Assembly: GCF_006345805.1 (NCBI RefSeq)
Contig: NW_021835018.1
Span: forward strand, 1-44,975
Reading direction: 5' to 3'
Source: Octopus sinensis
Lineage: Eukaryota
DNA: 44,975 nt
Below are positions 23,691-36,427 of the stretch, one piece after another. The notes beneath the pieces are model-generated. The model searched no databases and had not been told where the DNA came from. It was given only the letters and a program-made list of their open reading frames with translations. The stretch's first letter is position 1; each line of letters begins with the position of its first letter. A program made the translations under genes and the position numbers.

Positions 23691-24934
23691 GAAGTTACCA
23701 AACGTGCGCGCTCACAACACACATACACACTTATAAATATATTCTCACTCATAATTACATGCATACACATTTACACATATTCATTTATACTACACGCGAA
23801 ATATAAGAAAGTCAACCAGTCATTGAATACCTCGTTAACCTTAGTGAATTTAAGTATCTGTGATCAATATATATTATCATAAACGATTTAGGAGCACTAA
23901 AGCAAAATATCATATCAGAAAATAGATATAGATATATCGAACGTATGTTAAATGGAGTACCATATGTTCCTTTTCGCTAGTCATAAAATGAATTTTGAAG
24001 AGGAAGAGGTCTATATTCGATTGAATCGATGCCAGAGTAATATTGATGTTAGTATTTCCTTCATCGACTTAGGAACGAAAACATTTTTAAAGACCTTGGG
24101 TGAATTTGAACACTGTACGTTGGTATTTATTCATTTGCATTTCTGCTTTAGGCAACGTGCAGCTCTTATTGAAAAACAGAAAAACATATTTTGCACTATA
24201 CATATCGTGGAGTGAGATATACCTGCTTTGAAATGTTTGTATTACTTCAGATATACCTTTTTGACTGATGAGGTACACACTTTCATATTTACTATATTTT
24301 ACAAGATCACCAAATGCTTCTGACAAATATAAACAACTCTGTATTACTTTGCTAAATATTCATTTTGTGTCAAAATGTGTCTGTAGTGACGTCTGGATCC
24401 AGAGACCATTTTGGTATTTTCATCCACGCATGCGCAGGGATTAGTCTTCCGGAAGGCCTGCCGGAAGCCCCTTATGTGCATGTGCAGGCATCAGCAACAG
24501 CTAGGCTTGACCGCTATTCTCCCTCTTCTTACTGCACTCCGACCGAGCTAGACGCAACCAGACAAGCTCCCTGTGTAGGCAATCCACGACTGAGGCGAAT
24601 CTGTGAAGAATACCTTCACAATTGTGATTCAACCGACTCTGCTGCTTCCACCCCCACCACCGGTGTTCAGGCTACCGATGTCCAGAGATGAAATGCTTAT
24701 TTCGGCGAAAATAAATTATTATTGTTATTTGTTGGGAAATTCTTGTTCCCGCTATTTTCCTTTCTACAACTATGTAAGGAATTGTTAGGCACCCAACTAG
24801 AGCCAACCTCACTTTCTACAGGTCTTTTAACTTGAAAGTTGTCCTTCCACATGAGAGTTTTAGGAGCCCACGACAATGAAGGCGGGTATCAAACGGTTTT
24901 ATTAAAAGCAAAATATTTAAACCATGGACAATAT

Positions 24935-25127
24935 TTACTTCAAATTCTTGGCACAAGGCCAAGATATTGGGGGAAGTGGGACAAGTCTTAACTGGTACGT
25001 ATTTTATCGTCGCGGAAAAGATGAAAGGCAAAGTCAACCACGGCAGAATTTAAATTCAGAACGTGAAGATGGATGAAATGCCGCTAAGCATTTCGTCCGA
25101 CGTGCTAACGATACAGCCCACTCGCTG
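24935..25127 (-). mobile_element. Older SINE family B copy (head-to-head with the next copy)
   Basis: Reverse complement matches the SINE B head and the gactttgcctttcatc domain. Confidence 0.7.
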
Positions 25128-25159
25128 TAGCTAAAATATTAATATTGTCCTTGGTTCAA

Positions 25160-25365
25160 GGCAGCGAGCTGGCAGAAACGTTACTGTGCCGGGCGAAATA
25201 CTTAGCGGCATTTCATCCGTCTTAACATTCTGAGTCCAAATGCTGTCGAGGTCGACCTTGCTATTAGTCCTTTTGGGGTTGATGAAATATGAACAGTTAA
25301 GTACTGAAATCGATGTAATCCCTCCTAGAAATTGCTGACCTTGTGCCAAAATTTGAAACGAATAT
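25160..25365 (+). mobile_element. Older SINE family B copy
   Basis: ggcagcgagctggcagaaacgtt...gaggtcgaccttg...aaattgctgaccttgtgccaaaatttgaaac. Confidence 0.75.
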
Positions 25366-25496
25366 ATTGAGCGCATATAAAAAAGATAAGCAAAATTTCT
25401 GTTGTGAATAAAATATACAAAAGGGCAAGGGATTATCAGAGTAGAGAAATACTACTAATGATGTGACAAGTTCATAATTCGTTATATATTTGTTTC

Positions 25497-25666
25497 GTAG
25501 TCTTGCTTACCAACCACATGGTTCCGGGTTCAGTCCCACTGCGTGGCACTTTGGGCAAGTGTCTTCTACTATAGTCTCGGGCCAACCAAAGCCTTGTGAG
25601 TGGATACGGTAGACGGAAACTGAAAGAAGCCCGTCTTATATATATGTATGTGTGTGTGTGAGTGTT

Positions 25667-25697
<31 letters not shown>

Positions 25698-25910
25698 GTA
25701 TGTGTATGTGTGTGTGGGGGGGTTTGTCGTCCCAATATCGCTTGACAACCGATGCTGGTGTGTCTAGTTTCCTGTAACGTAGCGATTCGGTATAAGAGAT
25801 TGAGAGAATAAGTTGTAGGCTTACAAAGAACAAGTCCTGGGGTCGATTTGCTCGACTAAAGGTGGTGCTCCAGCATGGCCGCAGTCAAATGATTGGAACA
25901 ATAAAAGAAT
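25497..25910 (+). mobile_element. SINE family A, slightly 5'-truncated
   Basis: Matches 256-664 including the cagtcaaatgattg tail. Confidence 0.9.
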
Positions 25911-26339
25911 AATATAAATGGAAAGCACTCTTCTATACACACACATCTAAGAATCCATTTAATGGATGTTATACTCAGAAAATTGTGGATTAAAACAGCC
26001 CCTCATATAAATAGCTTTTGTTTGATTAAACTTTTATGTTTTTTTCTTTCTTGTTTTTTTTTGTAGGTAAGAGAAGGTGAATTTTTAGGTCAACTTTCTG
26101 TGAAAGCGGACTCTAAATTCTGATGGTTGAGAACAACTACTGTGATAGATATCTAATATGAAAATGAAATCTTATCTATGACATAGCATAAGAACAATAT
26201 AAAATGTATTTGATTAATTTTTTTTCTTGATGATCACATGACATGTTGCTACAGTCTGTGCTTTGAATTAGATCCTGTGATAGAGTGCCATCTATCGGCA
26301 ATTCTATCACATTCCTTCAAACACCTCTCTCATTCTGTC

Positions 26340-26374
<35 letters not shown>

Positions 26375-26816
26375 CTCTGTCTCTCTCTCCCTCTTCCTTC
26401 TCCATCTTTCCATTTTATCACATGGTTGTGACGCCTAGTCAGTGCAACTATCTCAATCAGTACACTATCTCCCTCCTTCCATCTCTCTCTGTATCTCTCG
26501 CTTCCTTCCTCCTGTCATCCTCCTTTCTTTCTTTCTTATTTCTATCTTTCTTTGTCAATTCCGTCACATGATATACGTCAGGCTAAGTGCATCTATCGAT
26601 CTCAGTGGTATATCCAACATTCAGTTCCTACATTTAAAACTATCTTCTTTCACATACATTTCTCCTTTTAAAAAAGAAACACACACTGAATACCGTACTA
26701 TTATATATACACAAAACATGTTTTATATATATAAATGTATGTGTGCGTGTGTGAGTATATATAAATCCTTAAAATGTCTTAGCCCGAAGGCCGCGGCCAT
26801 GCTGGGGCACCACCGC

Positions 26817-26855
<39 letters not shown>

Positions 26856-26917
26856 TATTTATATAAATATACACATGTATGTATATACACATATATCTAT
26901 GTATAAATATATCTATC

Positions 26918-27250
<333 letters not shown>

Positions 27251-27598
27251 CATTTATACATGCATAAATACATACACACATACATACAAATGTATATATG
27301 TATGTGTGTGTGTGTCTGTCTGTCTGTCGGTAAACTAAGAAAGGACGGATGCTCTGAGCTGCAGTGCTATTGATATAATGTCTGCATGGTCAGAGCTGAT
27401 TCAAGAATAAAAATAAACCGAAAGAAATACTGCAACACACTACCAGTCATTCTATTCACATCATTGTCATCAAAAATGATGATCTTCAGGACATACGTTG
27501 AAGTCAGTGATTTTTTATAAGCATTCCAATATATATATATATATATAATATATATATTATATTATACATATATATTATATATATATTATATTGATATA

Positions 27599-27648
<50 letters not shown>

Positions 27649-28860
27649 GTACGTATGTATGTATGCATATTCTCCATGTACCCAGCTCTCTTACTTCATT
27701 GTATCAGTTCATCCGAATTGTTAGTGTATTTCCACTGTCCCCTTCTTTATGCATCGCGAAGTAAATTCGAGAATACTTGTTTTTATAGATTCATTTCTAT
27801 AGTTCCTACATATCTGTTGCTAACATTCAGAGCATTTAAATATGTTTTATATGTGAATTACAGTTTTTTTTTTCTTCAGCTTTATACGCAAAATATTGAC
27901 TGCGTATCCATTAACGTATTTCAAACTGGGTTTTCAGTTCCAACCCAAAATGTTTTTCATGTTTGTTTGCGTTTGGTTTTTTGTTGAATTTTTGTATTAG
28001 TTGCTCCTTTTTTGTTTTCTTTGGGATTTTGTCTTAACAACATATCTTCAATTCATGCCGAGAACATTTACTACATTATTTACCTAGCTGAAGTTAATAC
28101 AAACCAATATTAGTGTCTGAGCTGAGATTTAGCTTACACACGAACGAAAAATCCTGATAGACTCAAAATAGCAGCCAAATATCACTCAACAGATACGACA
28201 CTGTTTGAAATAATACGACACATGAGATAAGAGTTTCTAATCTAGGAACGATGCCAGAAATTTTAAGGTGGAAGAGGTTAGCTTAAACATCGACCCCACG
28301 GTTTGTCTAGCACTTTATGCCATAGATGCCGGATGGAAGAAAGGCAGAGTTGACCACGGTGATATTTGAACTCAAGATGTAGAGTTGGAACAAATATCGT
28401 AAATCATTTTTTCTGACAGAGACGAATGCTATTGGTGCGTGAGAGAGTGCAGCACACGCGTATATGTTTAGGGGTTACAAACCTGATGTTAGGAAGGAAA
28501 GAAGTTATTGCCAGGTTGATGATCTGATCTGGATAATTATAACGGTATAATGGCACTGAACCTGGCCATTTATTAAGTTTACTAGCACAAAGCTAAACGA
28601 TGCCACCGGCCAACATTTAAAATATCCTATAAGAAATTTTACTCTCATATATTTTTCCAACCCAGTCTATTGTAAAATACCATCATCCAACGTTTCACAC
28701 AGTGAAATAATTGTGGGTCCTTATTCTCTCTCGAAAAAAAAGAAAAGCTGTGCCAAGGTCGGTTGTGTCATGTTGCACAATAAGCAAGAAAACAAGCTTC
28801 GTATTTTCTCTCACATTTAATTGCTTCTTGATATCATATAGTCGTTGATCCTTGATCTCA

Positions 28861-29055
28861 GAGGCTGAAAGAGTGATTACCTATTTCTTTATTACCCACA
28901 AGGGGCTAAACACAGAGGGGACAAACACGGACAGACATAGGTATTAAGTCGATTACATCGACCCCAGTGCGTAACTGGTACTTAATTTATCGACCCCGAA
29001 AGGATGAAAGGCAAAGTCAACCTCGGCGGAATTTGAACTCACAACGTAACGCAGA
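28861..29055 (-). mobile_element. SINE family B, 5'-truncated, with a 19-nt 3' extension
   Basis: SINE body plus gaggctgaaagagtgatta flank shared with 31174. Confidence 0.88.
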
Positions 29056-29438
29056 CGAAATACAATGATTGTCTTGTAAATATGGTATAATCCTATTTGC
29101 GGTAATGATGGAGTCACACTTAGATCCCTCGTCGGTCAAGGTTGGTAATATATCTAAACTTCTATGAGTTTCACTGGGTTGCAGATGTCTGTAACTATAG
29201 ATCTGGACGAGATTTGTGAACGTAGCGCCAAACAACAACAATATTGGTTCAATAGTACAAATGACGAAACTTCAACATTATTCATGAGCAAGCTGCAACA
29301 CGACGATTGTATATATGTTTATGTGTGTGTGTGTGTGTGGATGTAACTCTACCCTCGTAGATATATTTATATATGTGTATATATGTGTGCATGTAACACA
29401 ACCCTCGTATATATGCTTATGTGTGTGTGTCCTTGTAA

Positions 29439-29520
<82 letters not shown>

Positions 29521-29896
29521 AACTCCCTTCATAATTAGCTAGGCTACCTTGTGTAAGGATGGTGTGACACCACTTTCGGTGTATACATTGTTAGAAAGAA
29601 TAAGAGAAGCTGAAAGCTAAAATTTGTCTACAGACAATTCGGAAAAGCCAATAACACCAGGAAGAGTCACTGGTTCCTGGTGGTGTTGCTCAGTGAGATT
29701 ACAAAACGTCAGAATGGTTGTGGTGGGTATTCATTTGACGTAACCCAATTCAATGATAATTGATCTGGAGTTAAACACCCACATCACCGGTAGCAATTAT
29801 GCATCAGAGTGTCTAGAAAGGCAAATGGATTTATTTATTTTGGATACATACTTTTAGATTTATGAAAGAATATAGTTGTTGGTTGTGTTTTGTTTT

Positions 29897-29981
29897 TATA
29901 GATGTTTTCGATCAGGTTTGGATTCTTTGCCATCATCAGATTTGATGGCAACGAATCCAAACCTGAACGAAAACATCTATA
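29897..29981. repeat. Palindrome: 39-bp arms (2 mismatches), 7-nt loop; Penelope-like terminus candidate
   Basis: tatagatgttttcgatcaggtttggattctttgccatca / tgatggcaacgaatccaaacctgaacgaaaacatctata. The minus strand carries CTGATGA...CGAAA. Confidence 0.8.
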
Positions 29982-31173
29982 TATATTCAATTTTGAAATG
30001 AAAATCTGAAGGAGGTTTCAAATGATTCGAAGAGTGGATCGAATCTTCTACGTGGCCCCGCAATACACCTGAAATGGTAATCAAATTTCACTGAAATTAA
30101 ACTTCAATATTTTCAAATGAAATGAAATTAAACCGACAGTTTGTGTTACATAATACAGTCGAGGAAATTATGTCTACAAATAAGACGAGACGGTGACGTC
30201 TGAAACATTTCGCTCATAAATCTGCCTCTTGAGAACTGACCTGCGGCTCATCAACAACAAAACCACCACAAGCAACAACAACTGCTGCTACTCCAACCAC
30301 AAGAACAACCACAACCAATTATTTTCAGTTGAATCCAAACAAAGTATTATTGTCATTTAAGTTTTCTAGACATTAAATCATTTCCTTTATCATTAATTAT
30401 TAATATCGAATTAATTCAATCAATGATAAACCAAAAATCGTTTATATATGACCCTATAATTTTCCCCAGCGTTCTACAGCAATTTTCTTGTGTGTGCTTT
30501 TCTAAATTTGTTGTTGTTGCTATTCTTCTGTTTCATTTCTCGTTTATTAATATTGTATTCTTCTTCAATTTTGTATCATCTTATTTTTTTCTTTTTACAT
30601 AATATAAAAAGTAAAGAATTTATGTTAAGAAAATCGTTTCAAATAATTCAAATTATTATTATTATTATTTTTTTAATTTTGCTTTATCAGATAATCTTCC
30701 GGTGTGAAGCAGCTCATTTATCATTTAAAATTTTCCATTGTATAAAACAATATTCTTTTTATTTGTTTATTCATTTCTTATGTTGTTCTTGTTGTGATGT
30801 TGTTTCTTAAATGTTTCTTTCCTTTATTTTTTTTTATCAGTAAACATTTATTTATTTAATCGTTTATATATTATATTAAACTGACAAAGTCTGAAAAATA
30901 GGGAAGAAAATATGATTTAATTTTTAATATTAAATATTGATAGTGTTCACTTACAAGTGAGTCGAAAATAAACAGATAAGTGAGAGAACCTCTATGATAA
31001 AAATAAAAAATAATAAAATATGGGAACCTTCATGTAGGTAAGCACCTTCCTATGCCTGTTGGCCATGACAGAAAATATTGTATGATTGACAAATTGGAAA
31101 AAAAATTTATGTCATACTTTCTACTGTCCCAAGTTCCTGTCACCTTTTTCGAGTTCCTTTTCGAAATATAGGT

Positions 31174-31408
31174 GAGGCTGAAAGAGTGATTACCTATTTC
31201 TTTATTACCCACAAGGGGCTAAACACAGAGGGGACAAACAAGGACAGACATAGGTATTAAGTCGATTACATCGACCCCAGTGCGTAACTGGTACTTAATT
31301 TATCGACCCCGAAAGGATGAAAGGCAAAGTCGACCTCGGCGGAATTTGAACTCAAAACGTAACGGCAGACGAAATACCGCTAAGCATTTCGCCCGGCGTG
31401 CTAACGTT
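31174..31408 (-). mobile_element. SINE family B with the same 19-nt 3' extension
   Basis: About 4 differences from the 28861 copy over ~190 bp. Confidence 0.9.
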
Positions 31409-32029
31409 ATAAGACAATCTTCTGAAATGTGGTGTTTGTGGCGAGAATGAGTCATGCAAATGAGTCTAAATTCATCATGCGCTTGTGCGTTGAACAACAC
31501 AGTTAAGAGAGTGACCGTTAAGTTGTTATTCGGGAAAGTACTGAATCTGTGGAGTTTTCAAAGCCCCAGCAAATGTTCTTATGCTCATTTATATACAGTT
31601 TATACCATTACTTTTATTCAACATCTTTGCAAACCTACATCGTTTCCTGTAACTTGTCTTTATATTGGACCATCAACCAATCGTTCTTGTAGAAACAATA
31701 GAAAAACGATTTGCGCTTTGGTTAATATAATTTGCAGCAAACCTTCCGCTCTTTACGTTCTGAATTCAAATTCCGCCGACGGCGGCAGTACTGTTTATCA
31801 TTTCACGGTCGATAAAATACGTACCAGTTCAGCACTGGGGAATGTGTAATTGACTTTATCTCTCCTCTTAAATCTCCGGGCCTTGTTATTGCCGTTGTTA
31901 TTACCGTTGTTGTATAACATAGTAAAGTGAGACTGGATGGAATAATGTAAACCAGAGCACGAAGCTGGCGCAAGAGAATATAAAAGAGGAATGATGTTGC
32001 AAGTATGATCCATTGAGAACCACGTGACA

Positions 32030-32450
32030 AGTATGTATTTGCTGGAGCAAAGTGGTTACATAGGGAAAGCGCAGAAGGAGTAACTGAGAATGATAAAGTA
32101 AAGATACTGTGGTATGTGATGATCCCATGTTACAATGAAATTGAAGATCGAAATCCAGGCACAGTCGATGTGAATTAAGACGAAAATTCCTGTTTCACCA
32201 TAGACATTGGTTACCCTGGTGATACCAGAGATTCGGAAAGAAAAGAAAAGCAAGTTAGATATGATGATTTTGGGAAATAAATAGATTGAAAACTTTTGTC
32301 AAAGAAAGTGAGTGATATTTACTCTTGTTGTTGTTGTTCTAAGTACCAAGCTTATCAACTAGATTGAACAGACAGGATCAAATATGAAGGTAGGACATCT
32401 ACAAAAAACAATACTGCTTGGAACTACATGAATCCATAGAGTTTACAAAA
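32030..32450 (+). mobile_element. Old Dong/R4-like RLE fragment
   Basis: EGVTENDKVKILWYVMIPCYNEIEDRNPG...CFTIDIGYPGD resembles the (E)N..KILWD..I...RPD...IIDIAVPGD RLE region. Confidence 0.55.
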
Positions 32451-33104
32451 TTTGAATGAAGAGTATTATTCTATTTCACTGATTGTAGAGAGATGACATT
32501 CTCTCACGCCCTCCTGCGTAGATGCTTTACTAAAAAAGAATAATGCTAACAACGGTTTCACGTTGACCAGTGTAAACGAAAACATTTTTCGCGCAAGGTG
32601 TGAGTTTTAAAAAATGGTTGGGGATAGCGCGGGAACGCTTGATTCACACAAGTTAGCAAAGGTTCGAATTTATTATTCAAATGATCAAATTGTCAAACGA
32701 CAATTTGCGGAAGACTTAGAATAGCTCGTTACTTGATATGTAGTGTCACAGAACTCCTTATTGCCTTCAGCTGACAGGAGAGGACGAACGAAGGAAAACC
32801 AATCTGCTTCCGACACCCCAATCATAGCATCAAGAAAAACTGGCCCAACAACAGGCAGAATCAAAACATAACTGCAGCAATAGCGGAAAGAAACAACACC
32901 AACGACAGAAAAACAAGAGAACACATGTAACAACAACATTAGGAACAGGAAATGGCAAGACTAAAATATCAGCAGAAACGGGCATTACAGACTTATTATC
33001 TAATACAGTGTTGTTGTTGTTGTTGTTGTAGTTGCTGCTGTTGTTGCTGCTGTTGTTGTTGTTGTTGTTGTTGTTGTTGAGGAGGTCACCCTTGTTGATG
33101 CTTC

Positions 33105-33543
33105 CTGGTCTTTTAATTTGTTGGTTTCACGGTGGAACTGACCATGAAATTCCATACGGAGTAGGGTTTCTTCCCTGGTTATTCTTGTTCAGAATTCATG
33201 AGCACCCTCAAGTTCATCTTTGTTAAATCCTTCTGCATTAGCATCGTACTGTAACAGGTCTTCTTCGCTGTTTACCAAATATTCTGCCATGTTCCTTCTT
33301 TCACTGCTGATACATTTCCCTACGTTAATCAACCCACGTCTAGCCTTTTCCTCTCTTCATGTAGATCCTGTGTACATTCGCCATAGGATGGAGGGTACCA
33401 TGCATTGTCATTGTCTTTGGAGTAGTGCGATCGAGTTGATCAATCTCCGCTTGTGTCCATCTCAGGATGGATGCACTATAGTGGACTACAGCAACAGCCC
33501 ATATCTTGATGGCAATAACAAGGTTTCTTGAGTTGAGCATCGA
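33105..33543 (-). mobile_element. Old Dong/R4-like fragment (post-RT region)
   Basis: LNSRNLVIAIKIWAVAVVHYSASILRWTQAEIDQLDR...MHGTLHPMANVHRIYMKRGKG (ORF 33340..33621). Confidence 0.75.
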
Positions 33544-33573
<30 letters not shown>

Positions 33574-33575
<2 letters not shown>

Positions 33576-36069
33576 GTTTGACTTTTGCTTTATATTTGTA
33601 CAAGTTGGCTCCAAGTCTCACCCAGAGACCTCAAGAGACAACAGGTTGGAAGTTCACGTTGTTGTTATGCCTAGTGTGTCATATATTTGGTTGTTTTTTT
33701 GTGTTGTACTGGTGGATGTCTAAAAAAATGTTTGTTTTAAACCTTGAGATTACATAGAAAGTATTTGGCGTAGGATATGAGCAGTTCCCATTAGCACTAT
33801 CTTTTGAATTTCTGCCATTTTGGGGTTTCCTGGTATCTGAGTTAGGTAGCTATCAGCCCCTTTTGCTATCATTCCCAGGGCACATATGACAACAGGTATT
33901 GTTTTAGTCTTCAGGTTCCACATTTTGCTGATTTCTATTTCAAGATCTTTATATTTGCTCAGTTTTTGGTAGGTCTTGACAGTTACGTTTATATCGATTG
34001 GGACAGTCATATCAATGAGGAGGCATGTTCTTTGTTTTAAGTCTTTCAATATGATGTCTGGCCTATTTGCATCTATCTTTCTGTCAGTTTGAATGGTGAA
34101 GTTCCAGAGGAGTGAGATGTGGTCATTTTCAAGCACTGGGGGTGGTTTGTGTTCCCACCAGTGTTTTTCATGGGGCAAATCCAGGTTTTTGCAGATTACC
34201 CAGTGAATATATTGTGCAGCTCTATCGTGCCTGTTGAGATACTCTGTAGGCGCTAGAAGACTACACTTGGAGACCACATGATCAATGGTTTCATTTTGTT
34301 GCTGGCATACACGACACGTTGGACTGCTTCTGATCTTTAATATGTTGGCCTGGTAGTTTCTTGTTGGTAAGCATTGATCTTGAGCTGCTATGATAAACCC
34401 CTCTGTTTCAGATTTTAAGCCAGAGGCCATTAGCCATTGATGGGTCAAGGCTTTGTCAACATCTGCATTATTCGCTCTCTTTGGGTATTTGCCATACAGA
34501 GGTTTTTCTTGCCATTTATCATTCAGAATATCTAAGGCCGCAGATTTAGCACGGATTTTCATGCGCTTAGCTTTTTCTGTGCCTGTTTCTTGTATGCCTA
34601 TCTCTAATTCCGAAATTTGTTATATTCGGAATTCACTTAGATATTTCTTTGCCTGTTTTGTTACTGAGTATGATGCTTTCTTGTTTTCATGTTTTGAGAC
34701 AAGTTTTAACATCCAGTCCTCAGAGTTTTTCAGGTAGGTGTCTAGGCCAATTGTAGCAATCTTCATTGTTATTGCCAGTTGTAAAAGTTCACGGCTTCCC
34801 TCTTTTCTTGGCAGATAAAGTCGTTCTGTATCTGCCTTAGGGTGGTGCATTCTATCCATTGTCAACAGTTTTCGTATTTTTCTGTCAAGATTACATATTT
34901 CAGTAATTGACCAGTTAACGATATTGAAACTGTAAGTCACGACTGGTATGGCTAATGCATTGATCGCTCCGATCCTGTTTCTCGCATTCAGCTCTGTCTT
35001 GAGTATTGCTCTTACTCTGCGATAACATTCTCTCCTGATCCTTTCCTTCATCTCTGAATGCCTTATTCCGTCTCCTTCAATTACCCCTAGATACTTGTAG
35101 TTCTCTGCTGGGTCTAATTCTTTTATGACATTCTGCTGGTCAAGGCTAACGTTAGATGTTTCTGTCATTTTTCCTTTGATAAAGGTAGCTTTTGCATACT
35201 TATCGAGGCCAAATTGCATTCTGATGTCATCACTGAATTGTTTGACAATCGCTAGTTAGCCCTTGAGTTGTTGGTCATTTTTTGCAAAGAGCTTTAAATC
35301 ATCCATGTAAATGAGATGATTTATATTTTTATCAAACATTTTATATCCGTACTGCGCGTCATTGAGCAGTTTTGAGAGAGGTATTAAGGCTAAACAGAAG
35401 AGGAGTGGTGACAGTGAGTCACCCTGGAAAATGCCACATGAAATTTTTACATCACCAGCATTTAGAGATTCATTGTCACTGTTCAAAGTTAGTGTGGTTC
35501 TCCATGATCTCATACTTACAGACAAAAAGTTTCACAGAGCAGGTGCTATCTTATACATTTCTAGGCATTTCTTAATCCAGCTATGTGGTAGGCTATCAAA
35601 AGCCTTTTCATAGTTTATCCAGGCTATTGATAAGTTTTTGTGTCGTTTGTGACAATCTTCTAAGATCATCTTATTGATGAGTAGTTGATCTTTACAACCG
35701 TAGGATTCACGTTTACATACTTTCTGTTCATTAGGGAATATGCTGCTGTCTGTCAAATAACTATAGGTATATTCCGTCAGGACAGATGTTAGTGTTTTAT
35801 ACATAGTTGTTAAGCAGGTTATGGGTCTATAGTTTTTTGGTTCATTTGTTTCTTCACTTTTTGGAAGCAGGAATGTTAACCCATTAACTAGCCAAGGAGG
35901 CATCCTACTAGGGTGTTGCAGAACATCATTGTAAAGTTCTGTTAGCAGTTCATGGCTCTCTGGGAAGGCATTCAACCAAAAGTTAGGGATTTTATCCCTT
36001 CCCGGAGACTTCCATTTGCTTGACCTCCTGAGAGCAGATCTTATATCTTCTACCTTGACACCCTCCCAC

Positions 36070-36071
<2 letters not shown>
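33574..36071 (-). mobile_element. 5'-truncated Dong/R4-like non-LTR retrotransposon (RT, CCHC, RLE), inserted in (AAT)n
   Basis: KSPGRDKIPNFW; KNYRPITCL; IAWINYEKAFDSLPHSWI; GIFQGDSLSPLLFCLAL; HLIYMDDLKLF; HHPKADTERLYLPR; CRVCQQQNETIDHVVSKC; RPDIILKD...LIDMTVP...KLSKYKDL. ORF pieces 35532, 35256, 34620 and 33750 are one frame broken by three stops. (ATT)n on both sides. Confidence 0.93.
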
Positions 36072-36146
<75 letters not shown>

Positions 36147-36180
36147 CTTTATTATTATTAATATAATTATTATTATTAAT
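36071..36180. repeat. (TTA)n microsatellite flanking the RLE element
   Basis: Direct reading. Confidence 0.95.
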
Positions 36181-36386
36181 ATAAGGCTGTGAAGTGGAAG
36201 AATCGCTAACACGTTGGACAAAATGCTTAGCAGCAATTCTTCCGGCTTTACCTTCAGAGTTCGAACTCCGACGACGTTCACTTTGCATTTCGTCATTTCA
36301 ATCGAATCCACTGGAACGAATCGGATCGAAAGTTTCCCCGACTTCCCAAGCTTAATTTTTCAGGCCTTTTGCCGATAATACAAAGA

Positions 36387-36427
<41 letters not shown>

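Noticed and set aside
27455-27492. Minus-strand CTGAAGA followed by a TCATCA/TGATGA hairpin
   Set aside because: No GAAA after the hairpin, so the core is incomplete.
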